Shown here: piece by piece, positions 26,130 through 35,536 of the stretch
Numbering within the stretch: position 1 is the stretch's first letter
How the letters are laid out: every line of letters starts with the position of its first letter
DNA from: Thermodesulfobacteriota bacterium
GTDB taxonomy: Bacteria > Desulfobacterota > Desulfobulbia > Desulfobulbales > SURF-16
NCBI GenBank assembly: GCA_039715015.1
Contig: JBDLIE010000024.1
Span: 1-39,054 of the forward strand
Reading direction: 5' to 3'
Length of the DNA: 39,054 nt
Position numbers and translations under genes: made by a program
Notes under the pieces: model-generated
Databases searched by the model: none
The model's input: only the letters and a program-made list of their open reading frames with translations
Told to the model about the DNA's origin: nothing

Positions 26130-28214
26130 ATGTATAAAAAAGTTGAAGTAGAAGTTGGCGGTCGTCCCATGACCATTGAAACAGGAAAAATAGCCAAGCA
26201 GGCCAGCGGCTCTGTGGTGGTCACCTACGGCGAAACCGTGGTTCTCGTTACAGCAGTTGGCGCCAAAGAGCCCAAGCTTAATGCTGATTTCCTGCCCCTC
26301 ACCGTTGAATACCAGGAGCGTTTTTACGCAGTGGGCCGTATCCCCGGCAGTTTCTTCCGCCGCGAGATTGGCCGTCCCTCTGAGAAAGAGACCCTGACCT
26401 GCCGCCTGATTGACCGTCCCATGCGGCCGCTCTTTGCCGATGGCTATTCCTGTGAGACCCAGGTTATCGCCACAGTCCTGTCGGCTGATAAGGAAAATGA
26501 TTCGGACATGCTGGCCCTGGTTGGCGCCTCTGCCGCCCTGTCCATCTCCCATATTCCCTTCAACGGCCCGGTTGCCGGGGTTCGGGTGGGCATGATCGAT
26601 GGCGACTATGTCATTAATCCCACCACCAGCCAGCAGGAAGAATCAAACCTTGATCTGATCGTCGCCGGTACCAAGAACGCGGTGGTTATGGTTGAGGGTG
26701 GCGCCGACATGCTCAGTGAGGATGTTGTCCTTGAGGGCATCTATGCCGGTCATGAGGCCCTGAAGGCCATTATCGCCGTCCAGGAAGAGATGCAGGCCGC
26801 TGTAGGTATCGCCAAGATGGAGGTTGAAGCCCCTGAGGTTGATGCCGAGCTCGAAAAGCAGGTGGCCGATATCGCTGCCGGCCCCATGGAGAAGGTGATC
26901 ACCACCGCCGACAAGATGGAGCGTTACGCCGCCTTTGATGCCCTGAAGGCCGAGGTGGTTGCCAAGTTTGAGGAAGATGCCGACTTTGATCGCCAGGGCG
27001 AGGTCAAGGGTCTGTTAAAAGACCTGCAGAAGGATATGATGCGGGCCCGTATCGTTGACAAGGGCGAGCGCATCGGCGGCCGCAAGTTTGATGAGGTCCG
27101 CAATATTGACACTGAGGTAGCGCTGCTGCCCAGGGTTCATGGCTCAGCCCTTTTCACCCGTGGCGAGACCCAGTCCATCGTAACCACCACCCTTGGTTCC
27201 GGTGCTGATGAGCAGCGGGTCGAGACCCTGCAGGGTATGGATTTTCGTAAGTTCATGCTCCACTATAATTTCCCGCCATTCTGTGTAGGCGAGGCCCGTT
27301 TCATGCGCGGTCCCAGCCGTCGTGACATCGGTCATGGCGCCCTGGCCACCCGTGGCCTGGAAAAGGTACTGCCCACTGAGGAGGAGTTCCCCTATACCAT
27401 CCGCATCGTTTCCGACATTACCGAGTCAAACGGCTCCTCCTCCATGGCCTCTGTCTGTGGTGGTTCCCTGTCCCTGATGGATGCCGGTGTGCCGATTACG
27501 GCCCCTGTTTCCGGTGTGGCCATGGGCCTTATCAAGGAAGGCGATAAGGTGGTTGTTCTCACCGATATCCTCGGTGATGAGGATCATCTCGGCGACATGG
27601 ATTTCAAGGTCACCGGTACTGCCGAAGGTATCACTGCCCTGCAGATGGATATCAAGATTGAGGGTGTTGACCGCGATATCATGACCACGGCCCTGGCCCA
27701 GGCCAGGGATGGACGTCTCCATATCCTCGGCGAGATGGCTAAGTCTCTGGATACTGCCCGGGCGGAAATGCCTGAGCATGCCCCCAAGATTATCACCATG
27801 CAGATCAACCCTGATAAGATCCGTGATCTCATCGGCCCCGGCGGCAAGGTGATTCGCGGTATCCAGGCTGATCTTGACGTCAAGATTGATGTTGATGACT
27901 CCGGCGAGGTGAAGATTTTTGCTGCCGGCGGTGATCTTGCTAAGAAGGCCCAGGACATGGTCAATGAGGTCACAGCCGAGGCTGAGGTTGGCAAGATCTA
28001 CAACGGTGTGGTTAAAACCATCGTTGATTTTGGCGCCTTTGTTGAGATCCTGCCCGGTACCGATGGTCTTGTCCATATCTCCGAACTTGAGAACAAGCGC
28101 GTTGAGAAGGTCACCGATGTCCTTAATGAGGGCGACGAGGTCAAGGTCAAGGTCCTTGCCGTGGATCAGCGCGGCAAGATTCGCCTGAGCCGCAAGGCAT
28201 GTCTTGATGACTAA
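26130..28214 (+). CDS. pnp: Polyribonucleotide nucleotidyltransferase (PNPase)
   Basis: [52 protein letters not shown] and S1 domains. Confidence 0.99.
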   Translation: MYKKVEVEVGGRPMTIETGKIAKQASGSVVVTYGETVVLVTAVGAKEPKLNADFLPLTVEYQERFYAVGRIPGSFFRREIGRPSEKETLTCRLIDRPMRPLFADGYSCETQVIATVLSADKENDSDMLALVGASAALSISHIPFNGPVAGVRVGMIDGDYVINPTTSQQEESNLDLIVAGTKNAVVMVEGGADMLSEDVVLEGIYAGHEALKAIIAVQEEMQAAVGIAKMEVEAPEVDAELEKQVADIAAGPMEKVITTADKMERYAAFDALKAEVVAKFEEDADFDRQGEVKGLLKDLQKDMMRARIVDKGERIGGRKFDEVRNIDTEVALLPRVHGSALFTRGETQSIVTTTLGSGADEQRVETLQGMDFRKFMLHYNFPPFCVGEARFMRGPSRRDIGHGALATRGLEKVLPTEEEFPYTIRIVSDITESNGSSSMASVCGGSLSLMDAGVPITAPVSGVAMGLIKEGDKVVVLTDILGDEDHLGDMDFKVTGTAEGITALQMDIKIEGVDRDIMTTALAQARDGRLHILGEMAKSLDTARAEMPEHAPKIITMQINPDKIRDLIGPGGKVIRGIQADLDVKIDVDDSGEVKIFAAGGDLAKKAQDMVNEVTAEAEVGKIYNGVVKTIVDFGAFVEILPGTDGLVHISELENKRVEKVTDVLNEGDEVKVKVLAVDQRGKIRLSRKACLDD

Positions 28215-28237
28215 GCACCATTAAAATATCAGGATGC

Positions 28238-28271
28238 AAGGGCAGGGGACGAATGTTCTCTGCCCTTTTTT
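28238..28271 (+). terminator. Intrinsic terminator after pnp
   Basis: AAGGGCAGGGGAC-gaat-GTTCTCTGCCCTT followed by Ts. Confidence 0.75.
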
Positions 28272-28313
28272 GTTTCAAGAACGAAACTGCAAACACGGTA
28301 CGTAAGATTTAGA

Positions 28314-29567
28314 ATGTATAATAAAACAGTTTTAGCAAACGGGGTGCGGGTGGTCAGTGAGAAGATCCCTGGTTCCTGCACCGTCTCCCTCGGTGTCTGG
28401 CTTGATGTGGGCAGCCGCGATGAGCTGCCTGCCACAAGCGGCATCTCTCATTTTGTCGAGCATATGCTCTTTAAGGGCACCCAGCGCCGTACGCCTCGTG
28501 ATATTGCCCGCAAGCTCGACAGTCTGGGCGGCATGGCCAATGCCTTTACCTCCAAGGACACCACCTGTCTCTACTCAACCGTGGTGGATAGCAAATTGCC
28601 GACCTTGATTGATCTCTTTGCCGACATGTTTCATAACTCGCAATTTGATGCTGACGAGGTAGGCCGTGAGCGCCAGGTGATCCTCCAGGAAATCTCCATG
28701 GTGGAGGATATGCCTGAAGACCAGATCCATGAGATTTTTGAGGACTCCTTCTGGGGCGATAATCCCCTGGCCCGGCCCGTCCTGGGCGACGCCAAGGTGG
28801 TTGGCGCCATGACCGGCTCTGCCCTCCATGACTATCGCCAAAAAAAATATGCGCCAGGCAAGGTGGTGATCAGCTGTGCCGGTAATGTCGATCACCAGGA
28901 GCTCTGTTGCCTTCTGGAACCCCTGTTTGCCGGTTCCTCCTGGGGGGAGCAGGCAGCTAATGGCAGGTCGGCACCGATAGCGGATCGGAGTTTGGCAAAG
29001 CGGGTGGTGAGCCGTGAGCTTGAACAGGTGCAGATGGTCTTGGGCGCCAAGGGCTTAGAGATCACCTCAGAGGAGAGGTTTACCCTGGTACTGCTTAATA
29101 CCATTCTCGGCGGCAATATGAGTTCGCGGCTCTTTCAGGAGGTCCGCGAAAAGAGGGGGCTTGCCTACTCCATCTCATCCTTTATCGAGTCCTATACCGA
29201 CTGCGGCTATGTGGGGATTTCCTGCGGCGTGGCACCCGGCTCAGTCAATGAGACCCTGGCCCTTGTTGGTGAACAATTGGCCTGTCTCGGCAAGGAGGAC
29301 TCGCTTTCGTCAGCAGAGATGGGCCATGCCCTGGACTATGCCCGCAGCAGTGTATATCTGGCGGCTGAGAATCTGGAGTCGCGGATGACCAGAAATGCCC
29401 GTAACGAGCTTTACTTCGGCAGGCATATTCCTTTGGCAGAGGTAGTCGAGAGGTTTGAAAAGGTTACCCCTGCCGAAGTGTCATCCCTGGCAGGACGGAT
29501 TTTTGCCGATGATCTCTGCGCCGTGGTCATGGGGCCGGTGGCTGAAAATGAGGTGAGCTGGTCTTAA
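28314..29567 (+). CDS. M16 family zinc peptidase
   Basis: HFVEHMLFKGT (HxxEH), NAFT, ERQVILQEI, LGGNMSSRLFQEVREKRGLAY. Confidence 0.95.
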   Translation: MYNKTVLANGVRVVSEKIPGSCTVSLGVWLDVGSRDELPATSGISHFVEHMLFKGTQRRTPRDIARKLDSLGGMANAFTSKDTTCLYSTVVDSKLPTLIDLFADMFHNSQFDADEVGRERQVILQEISMVEDMPEDQIHEIFEDSFWGDNPLARPVLGDAKVVGAMTGSALHDYRQKKYAPGKVVISCAGNVDHQELCCLLEPLFAGSSWGEQAANGRSAPIADRSLAKRVVSRELEQVQMVLGAKGLEITSEERFTLVLLNTILGGNMSSRLFQEVREKRGLAYSISSFIESYTDCGYVGISCGVAPGSVNETLALVGEQLACLGKEDSLSSAEMGHALDYARSSVYLAAENLESRMTRNARNELYFGRHIPLAEVVERFEKVTPAEVSSLAGRIFADDLCAVVMGPVAENEVSWS

Positions 29568-29584
29568 TCTTGTAAAGAATACAG

Positions 29585-29617
29585 AAAAAGGCCGGGACAC
29601 AGTCCCGGCCTTTTTTT
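29585..29617. terminator. Bidirectional terminator between convergent genes
   Basis: AAAAAGGCCGGGAC-aca-GTCCCGGCCTTTTTTT. Confidence 0.9.
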
Positions 29618-29642
29618 ATGGAAGAAGAATGTCGAGGTGTGT

Positions 29643-29954
29643 TTAGGCTTGGGCGCTGGTCTCCTTGGCAGCCTTGTCCACATACTTGAAGTATACGGGG
29701 AAGGCGACAAAGAAGGCACCGGCCATCAGGTACTCAACGCCCTTGATGTGGGTGTAGAAGTCAACCAAGGTCTCATACTCGCCCAAGTTGCCGGTTGCTA
29801 CCAGGAATTGGCGCGCCATCTCGCCAACCGAAAAGTTTACAGAGGAGAGTCCGGTGATAAAGGCCATCATGGCCCAGATGCCAAAGGCGCCTCCCAAGCC
29901 TGCCATAATTCCTAAAAATGCGCCCATACCTTTGTTTTCATTATTGTCAGCCAT
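29643..29954 (-). CDS. 103-aa membrane protein; N-terminal half paralogous to its neighbour, C-terminal half HmcD-like
   Basis: AAGGAG RBS; hydrophobic segments; TLVDFYTHIKGVEYLMAGAFFVAFPVYFKY. Confidence 0.8.
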   Translation of the reverse strand: MADNNENKGMGAFLGIMAGLGGAFGIWAMMAFITGLSSVNFSVGEMARQFLVATGNLGEYETLVDFYTHIKGVEYLMAGAFFVAFPVYFKYVDKAAKETSAQA

Positions 29955-30005
29955 TGTCTTTCTCCTTAGTTATTTGTTTTTTAGCCTTCTAACTGGTGAT
30001 TTTTT

Positions 30006-30218
30006 CTACATGCCGGTGATTGCGGTCATAAATCCTTTGACCACTGCGCCGATTCCCTGAGTCGTCAAGGCGCTTACCATGCAGGCTACACTCCATACTC
30101 CAACAAGTCCGGCAAGGCTGAGAATCATGCCCAGGCCAAGTTTGCTGGCCTGGTCCAGATCAGCCTGGCTGTCGTGAGTTTCCTTTACCGTTCCTGTGCT
30201 TTTAACTGTCTCATTCAT
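30006..30218 (-). CDS. 70-aa small membrane protein
   Basis: AAGGAG 7 nt before ATG 30218; LAGLVGVWSVACMVSAL...GFMTAITGM. The ORF-track extension to 30425 is promoter DNA. Confidence 0.8.
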   Translation of the reverse strand: MNETVKSTGTVKETHDSQADLDQASKLGLGMILSLAGLVGVWSVACMVSALTTQGIGAVVKGFMTAITGM

Positions 30219-30277
30219 GGCCATTCTCCTTTTGGTATTTTTGTTTACTTTGTGTCTTTGCTGTTGACTGGTTAAAG

Positions 30278-30293
30278 AGCAGGTGCTGTGCCA
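30278..30293 (-). promoter_or_regulatory. Sigma54 (-24/-12) promoter
   Basis: Minus strand TGGCACAGCACCTGCT with exact GG-N10-GC spacing, about 60 nt upstream of ATG 30218. Confidence 0.8.
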
Positions 30294-30333
30294 CAAACAA
30301 GATCTGTCAGGGGTCTTTTTGTGAAAAGGGCGA

Positions 30334-30465
30334 TAGTTCAATGATATATTTTGCGTGATGCCACAGAACTGTCGTGGTCTGCAAAGCTGGCGCAATGGGA
30401 ATGTGCTACATAAAATGTGGCACAACAGCTGCCACAGAAGTGTTGATGCTACAACTTTTGCGACA
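30334..30465. promoter_or_regulatory. IHF-like site plus enhancer-binding-protein UAS array
   Basis: Minus strand TATCATTGAACTA (30346-30334) resembles WATCAANNNNTTR. TGCYACA half-sites at 30359, 30404, 30430, 30447; near-perfect palindrome TGTGCTACA-TAAAA-TGTGGCACA at 30402-30424. Confidence 0.65.
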
Positions 30466-30630
30466 GGTCGCAGGTGTGCCGGGACTGTTTTTTATGGCTA
30501 CTTGCGCTGAAAAAGAGGATGGGAAACTGCAGTAAGGAACTTGTTGCCTTGCCTGAACCATCTGTTAAAACAGGTGGCTGATCAGAGATGTTTACCCAGC
30601 TATAAAAAGCTATAGCTATAGGAGAAAATA

Positions 30631-31086
30631 ATGGACTCGGTACCAGTAAGGATAAAATGGCTTGATCAAGATGGCAAAGAAGGGTTGGCGCTGCCGGCCT
30701 ATCATTCCAGCCTGGCAGCAGGTATGGACATCCAGGCAGCCGTTGCTGATGAGCTTGTCCTGGCCCCAGGCGCTATTGCCATGCTGCCCACCAATCTGGC
30801 GGTGGCCATAGCGCCCGGTTATGAGATTCAGGTCCGGCCGCGGAGCGGTCTGGCCATCAAACACGGGGTCACTGTGGTCAATAGTCCCGGCACCATTGAT
30901 GCTGATTATCGGGGGGAGGTCAAGGTGGGGTTGATTAATCTCGGCAGTACGGCCTTTACCATCTGCCGTGGGGACAGAATTGCCCAACTGGTATTGGCCC
31001 CGGTATGTCAGGCGGCGCTGGAATTAGTCGATGATTTAGAGGATACGGCCCGCGGCCAAGGCGGCTTTGGCCATACTGGCATCTGA
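30631..31086 (+). CDS. dut: dUTP diphosphatase
   Basis: [43 protein letters not shown]. Confidence 0.98.
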   Translation: MDSVPVRIKWLDQDGKEGLALPAYHSSLAAGMDIQAAVADELVLAPGAIAMLPTNLAVAIAPGYEIQVRPRSGLAIKHGVTVVNSPGTIDADYRGEVKVGLINLGSTAFTICRGDRIAQLVLAPVCQAALELVDDLEDTARGQGGFGHTGI

Positions 31087-31089
31087 GTT

Positions 31090-31692
31090 TTACCAGCTCG
31101 AAGCAGATTGTCTGTTTTGCGGCCCTGCCGGCCTCTGCCATGCTCTGTGCTCGGAGTTTTGACCAGCGCGCCGCTCCAGACGCCTCTGCCGGCGTTTTTC
31201 TCTGAATTTCTTTTTCTCTTCAGGCGAGAGCTGTCGATATTTTCCGGGCAGTTCACCGCGGTATTCATTATTGGCGCTGCTCTTTGCTCTATCACGTTTT
31301 CTCTGGTGCCAGCGGCGGCGGAGCGCTTCTTTTTTTTCCGGAGGAAGCTGCTGCCAATGCTTGCGGCGCTGCTCCTGCTCCTTGGCTGGCAGCTCCTGGA
31401 ACGATTTATGACGCTGTCTGAGGGTCCGGCGCTGTTGCGGCGGCATGTCGCGGAAGCGCTGGAAGCGTTCCTTTGCCTGACGGCGCTGTTCAGGGGACAT
31501 TTGTGACCAGCGTTTGGCCCGCTCAAGGAGGCGCTGGCGTCGCTCAGTGGAGAGTTCCTGCCAGATACCATCAAGGGGGGCGAGGATCTCTCTGTCCTGG
31601 GGACTCAAGTCCTCAAGGTTTCCTTGGCCATAGGCCTGCGAGCCAACAACAAGCAAAATGGCCATATATATAATGATGGAGAACCTCTTCAT
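31090..31692 (-). CDS. Secreted helical-repeat protein (DUF3106-like)
   Basis: Signal peptide (..SQAYG) followed by repeated W/F-x-x-L/M-S/P-P-E-Q/E-R/K units. Confidence 0.85.
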   Translation of the reverse strand: MKRFSIIIYMAILLVVGSQAYGQGNLEDLSPQDREILAPLDGIWQELSTERRQRLLERAKRWSQMSPEQRRQAKERFQRFRDMPPQQRRTLRQRHKSFQELPAKEQEQRRKHWQQLPPEKKEALRRRWHQRKRDRAKSSANNEYRGELPGKYRQLSPEEKKKFREKRRQRRLERRAGQNSEHRAWQRPAGPQNRQSASSW

Positions 31693-32120
31693 CCTCCCAC
31701 CTCTTCTTGGCTGCCGGCCCAGCTCAGAAATTCAAGATCAGTGAGCATTTCGAGATCGTCACCATCAAGGAGAATTTCCAGATCGTCCAGGTCGAGATCA
31801 TCAGGTAAGGTATGTATGGCCGCAACTTCAATGGGGGGAGCTGTGCTATCTACTTGGCCGGCAATCTGAGGAGGCTGCAGGTCGCCTGGCTGTTGGCTGG
31901 GAAGGCCTACGTAGATGACAAGAGCGAGGACCACTGCCGATAGGGCGGCGCTGCCGGCCCAGAGCCAATTGCGTAAACCTCTGGGGCTGGCACTGGTTTG
32001 CTCAAGGGCCTGGTGGCGTATCCTGTTCAGGCGTGAACGGGTGGCACCGTCAAGGCTTTCGACACTCTGGTCCAGCTGTTGTGTGATATCCCTGAGGAAT
32101 TTTTGTTCAGTGTCTTTCAT
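31689..32120 (-). CDS. Single-TM putative anti-sigma factor (DUF3619-like)
   Basis: LDQSVESLDGATRSRLNRIRHQAL, a central TM, acidic DLEMLTDLEFLSW tail; ATGA overlap with the sigma gene. Confidence 0.8.
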   Translation of the reverse strand: MKDTEQKFLRDITQQLDQSVESLDGATRSRLNRIRHQALEQTSASPRGLRNWLWAGSAALSAVVLALVIYVGLPSQQPGDLQPPQIAGQVDSTAPPIEVAAIHTLPDDLDLDDLEILLDGDDLEMLTDLEFLSWAGSQEEVGG

Positions 32121-32650
32121 GGCCAGTAATCCTGCAGTTTTTTCTGGAGCGTCTTGAGGGCGCGAAAGTAATGGGTTTTGACCGTCCCTTCCGAACATTT
32201 CATGATGGCAGCCGTCTCCTTTGTTGAGAAGCCTTCCCAGGCCCGCATCAGAAAAACCTGCTGCTGTTTATGGGGCAGATTCTCCAACGCCTGGCTGAGG
32301 CGACTCAGGGAGTCTTGCAGCTCAAGATCATCGGCTGGAGTAATGCCTTTAGCATCGGCCACCTGCTCAAAGGGATCCTCCCGGCGGCCACCTTCATTGT
32401 TTTGGAAGGCAAAGGCAAGCCAGCCCCCGAATTTACGACGAACAGCGGTGCGCCGATACCAGTCGCGAATTTTGTTCTGCAGAACTCGGAAAAAAAGGGG
32501 CCGCCACTGGTCATCAGCATGATCGGCATAACGCCGGACAAAGTCATACATGGTGTCCTGAACTATGTCCAGAGCGTCATCCCGGCTTCTGGTGGCGATC
32601 TCCGCCGTCCGAAATGCGCGCTCCTGGACAGATGCAAGGAAGGTTTCCAT
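32117..32650 (-). CDS. ECF RNA polymerase sigma factor
   Basis: DDALDIVQD and WRPLFFRVLQNKIRDW (region 2); LPHKQQQVFLMRAWEGFSTKETA..CSEGTVKTH (region 4). Confidence 0.95.
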   Translation of the reverse strand: METFLASVQERAFRTAEIATRSRDDALDIVQDTMYDFVRRYADHADDQWRPLFFRVLQNKIRDWYRRTAVRRKFGGWLAFAFQNNEGGRREDPFEQVADAKGITPADDLELQDSLSRLSQALENLPHKQQQVFLMRAWEGFSTKETAAIMKCSEGTVKTHYFRALKTLQKKLQDYWP

Positions 32651-32666
32651 TAATACTGTTTACCAA

Positions 32667-33206
32667 TTACCTGGCAAAGGGCGGAAGAAAAAAGGGGGGC
32701 GGCGGTAAAAGAACGAGCTTGGCCTGCTGGCCATGACCCTGGCCATAACGGTGCCAATGAGCGGAGCTGTGGTTATGACGGTTGTCGTGGTGGTGCCTGC
32801 GGTCATGATGACGATCATAGCGGCTGGAATTCCAACCACCTCGCCGGTCAAAGCGCCTGGCGAGCCTTTCGCCACGCCGGTCAAGCCGTCTGTCGATCCG
32901 GTCTCCCCTGCGATCCAGGCGTCTTTCAATGCGGTCGCCGCGGCGATCCAGGCGCTGGGCCCGGCCATATCGGCCGTTTGCACGGGCCCTGTCTGCTCTT
33001 TTGTCGAGGCGGGCATTAATCCTGGCGCCCTTGGCATCGAGACGATCATTAATTCGGTCGCCTTGGCGGTCCAGGCGGCGCTCAATGCGATCAGCGCGCC
33101 GGTCTAGATAGCCATCCCCATCCTGCTGATAGTCGCCGGCAATGGCAGGAGCCACCGTGAAAAGAAAGGCCAATGTCGTCATGGAGGTCAACTTTGCGAG
33201 TCTCAT
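32667..33206 (-). CDS. Secreted Arg/Asp-rich 11-residue-repeat protein with a His-rich tail
   Basis: Signal peptide (..APAIA); repeats of (L)DRRGDRIERR; RHHDRRHHHDNRHNH; AAGGAG RBS. Confidence 0.8.
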   Translation of the reverse strand: MRLAKLTSMTTLAFLFTVAPAIAGDYQQDGDGYLDRRADRIERRLDRQGDRINDRLDAKGARINARLDKRADRARANGRYGRAQRLDRRGDRIERRLDRRGDRIDRRLDRRGERLARRFDRRGGWNSSRYDRHHDRRHHHDNRHNHSSAHWHRYGQGHGQQAKLVLLPPPPFFLPPFAR

Positions 33207-33251
33207 TTTTTTCTCCTTGTGAGAGGGTTTAATCTATGCTTTTATTCCTTT

Positions 33252-33279
33252 CAACGCACCAGTCGACAATCGGTTGACA
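33252..33279 (-). promoter_or_regulatory. ECF-type promoter of the sigma operon
   Basis: Minus strand TGTCAAC-N16-CGTTG (AAC in -35, CGT in -10). Confidence 0.65.
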
Positions 33280-33403
33280 ATTTTTTTTGTTTATTTTGCA
33301 AGCCCACTTCGAGGGACGCTGTTGCACGGCCCTGGAGTTTCATACTTTGTTGGGGCCCGTCCGGGTCATGAAAGTTTGAGAGGGGATAGACCAGGCTATT
33401 TTG

Positions 33404-34189
33404 ATGAGATTTTGTGTGCTGGGCAGCGGCAGTAAAGGCAATGCCACCTATGTGGAGGCAGGAGGCCGGGCCCTGCTTATAGATGCCGGATTTTCCGGCA
33501 AAGAAATATGCCGCCGTCTTGATGAGGTTGGCGCCTCCATGGCCAATGTCGAGGCTGTCTTAGTCACCCATGAGCATCATGACCACATCCAGGGGGCCGG
33601 GGTGCTGGCCCGTAAATACAACACCGCCCTGCTGGCCAATGAGGCCACCTTTGCCGCGGCCAGCAAGCGCCTTGGCAAGGTTGACTCCTATCAGTCGTTC
33701 ACAACCGGCGAGAAATTTTCAGTTGCCGGATTTACCATCCACCCCTTTGCTACCTCCCACGACACCGTTGATCCGGTAGGTTTTGTCGTTGAATATGAGG
33801 GGCTATCTCTCGGCTTTTGTACGGACACGGGGATGGTAAGTCGCCTTCTCCAGCAGCGCCTTGCCGGTTGCCATGGCCTTATCTTGGAGTGTAACCATGA
33901 CCTGGAGATGCTGGCTACAGGTCCCTATCCCCTCCACCTCCAGCAACGGGTCCGTTCCCGGCAGGGACATTTGGCCAATAATGATGCCGCCCACTTTCTC
34001 GGCGAGATTCTTCATGCCGGCTTGCAGCATGTTGTCCTGGCCCACCTCAGTGATACCAATAACCTGCCGGAGTTGGCCTTGGAGGCAGTGACCGGTTTCC
34101 TGGCCACTGTTAAAAATGGTTTTCCGCTCCCTGAGATCTCCCTGTCCTGGCAGGAGAGTCCCGGGGTGATGGTGAAACTGTGTCCCTAG
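33404..34189 (+). CDS. MBL-fold hydrolase, YycJ/WalJ-like
   Basis: VLGSGSKGN, LIDAG, THEHHDH, SHD, TDTG, LECNHD, GHLAN, LAHLSDTNN. Confidence 0.92.
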   Translation: MRFCVLGSGSKGNATYVEAGGRALLIDAGFSGKEICRRLDEVGASMANVEAVLVTHEHHDHIQGAGVLARKYNTALLANEATFAAASKRLGKVDSYQSFTTGEKFSVAGFTIHPFATSHDTVDPVGFVVEYEGLSLGFCTDTGMVSRLLQQRLAGCHGLILECNHDLEMLATGPYPLHLQQRVRSRQGHLANNDAAHFLGEILHAGLQHVVLAHLSDTNNLPELALEAVTGFLATVKNGFPLPEISLSWQESPGVMVKLCP

Positions 34190-34977
34190 GTCTGCCCGCT
34201 GCGCCATCATACCCCTGGCAGCTTGGTACCACCTCCTTTGTGTTGCCTGCTTCCCTGGAGGAAAATGTCCGGGCCCTTGCCGGTCAGGTTGATGCCGTGC
34301 AACTGCTCTTTTTTGAGTCCAAGCATAACAGCCGTCTTGCCCATACGGTGGATGTCGGCCTGCTTGCCGGTCTGGCTGAGGACCATGGGCTGTCCTACAC
34401 CGTACATCTGCCCCTTGATATCCAACTCGGCAGTGAGAACAAGGAGATCCGCCAGCAAGGCATTGAGGAGATATGCCGCCTTGTTGAGGAGCTTGAACCC
34501 CTGCAGGCCCAGGCCTTTGACCTTCATCTCAATCTGGAAAAGGATATAGAGCCAGCCGCCTGGCAGGAGAATATTCATCATTCTCTGGAGAATATGGCGC
34601 TCCGTATTGGAGGGGTGCAGGAGAAGGTCGGTATTGAGAATATCGGCTATGATTTTGAGCTGGTGGCCGAGGTTGTGCAAAGCTGCGGCTTTGGTATTTG
34701 TGTCGATTTTGGCCATCGTCTCCGTTATAATCATCAGACAGATTTTGACGCCATCTCAAATTGGCGCCATATTCATCTCCATGGTGCTGATCCCGGTAGA
34801 GATCATCGCCCCTTCAATTCTCAAGATGTGGATTTTTTGCAGAGATTTGGCAAGACATTGGTGGAGAGAAGCTATCGAGGCGTCGTTACCCTGGAGCTCT
34901 ATGAGCTCAGCGGGGTTTGTGACTCTCTTGCCACCCTCCATGAGGCCTGGCAGCAATTTCAACAGGGAGAGATATGA
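34180..34977 (+). CDS. cbiR: Cobamide remodelling phosphodiesterase CbiR-like (AP endonuclease 2 TIM barrel)
   Basis: LGTTSFVLP, QLLFFES, YTVHLPLD, IEN, CVDFGH, HLHG, RDH, TLE; located next to cobT and cobS. Confidence 0.8.
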   Translation: MSLGLPAAPSYPWQLGTTSFVLPASLEENVRALAGQVDAVQLLFFESKHNSRLAHTVDVGLLAGLAEDHGLSYTVHLPLDIQLGSENKEIRQQGIEEICRLVEELEPLQAQAFDLHLNLEKDIEPAAWQENIHHSLENMALRIGGVQEKVGIENIGYDFELVAEVVQSCGFGICVDFGHRLRYNHQTDFDAISNWRHIHLHGADPGRDHRPFNSQDVDFLQRFGKTLVERSYRGVVTLELYELSGVCDSLATLHEAWQQFQQGEI

Positions 34978-35525
34978 TGAAAAGACTCTTAATTCTTTGC
35001 GCGTTGCTGGTGCTTGCTAGCCCAGCTCAGTCACGAGACAGGGATAAGCCCTTCGGCTTTTTACCGCCCCCTCCACCCCTACCAGGGATGTCCGAGGAGC
35101 GAAAAAGTCAACCACCACCGCCATTGCCCGGTATGACCAGGGACAGGCAGCAGGATATCATTGAACGTTATTACCGTCATAATGAGCGGGAGCGCGACCA
35201 ATATCGCCATTACGAGGATGATGACCGAGGTTCCTATTCCCGCAAGAAGGGTAAGAAGGCCAAAAAGAGAAAAAATTTGCCCCCCGGCCTGCGCAAAAAG
35301 GCGGCTCGCGGCAAGGGCCTGCCGCCGGGCTGGCAAAAAAAGGTCGCCCGTGGTGAGGTCCTTGACTATGAGCTGCGCGATCATTGCCGTGATCTTCCCA
35401 GAGAGCTGCGCTCTGAACTGCCAAGGCCTGAGCGGGGTACAAAATTTGTGCGGCTGGAGGATAAGATCATCCGGGTGGTGGAGTCCACCTTTGAAATTAT
35501 AGATATCTTTTCAGTGGGCAGATAA
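34974..35525 (+). CDS. Secreted Pro-rich protein with LPPGLxKK/LPPGWQKK motifs (RcnB-like C-terminus)
   Basis: Signal peptide (..SPAQS); two PPPPLPGM repeats; LPPGLRKK..LPPGWQKKVARG; IIRV..IIDIF tail. Confidence 0.8.
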   Translation: MMKRLLILCALLVLASPAQSRDRDKPFGFLPPPPPLPGMSEERKSQPPPPLPGMTRDRQQDIIERYYRHNERERDQYRHYEDDDRGSYSRKKGKKAKKRKNLPPGLRKKAARGKGLPPGWQKKVARGEVLDYELRDHCRDLPRELRSELPRPERGTKFVRLEDKIIRVVESTFEIIDIFSVGR

Positions 35526-35536
35526 ACGAGGATTGT

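Noticed and set aside
30219..30425. N-terminal extension of the 139-aa ORF
   Set aside because: It spans the sigma54 promoter and UAS; the RBS supports ATG 30218.
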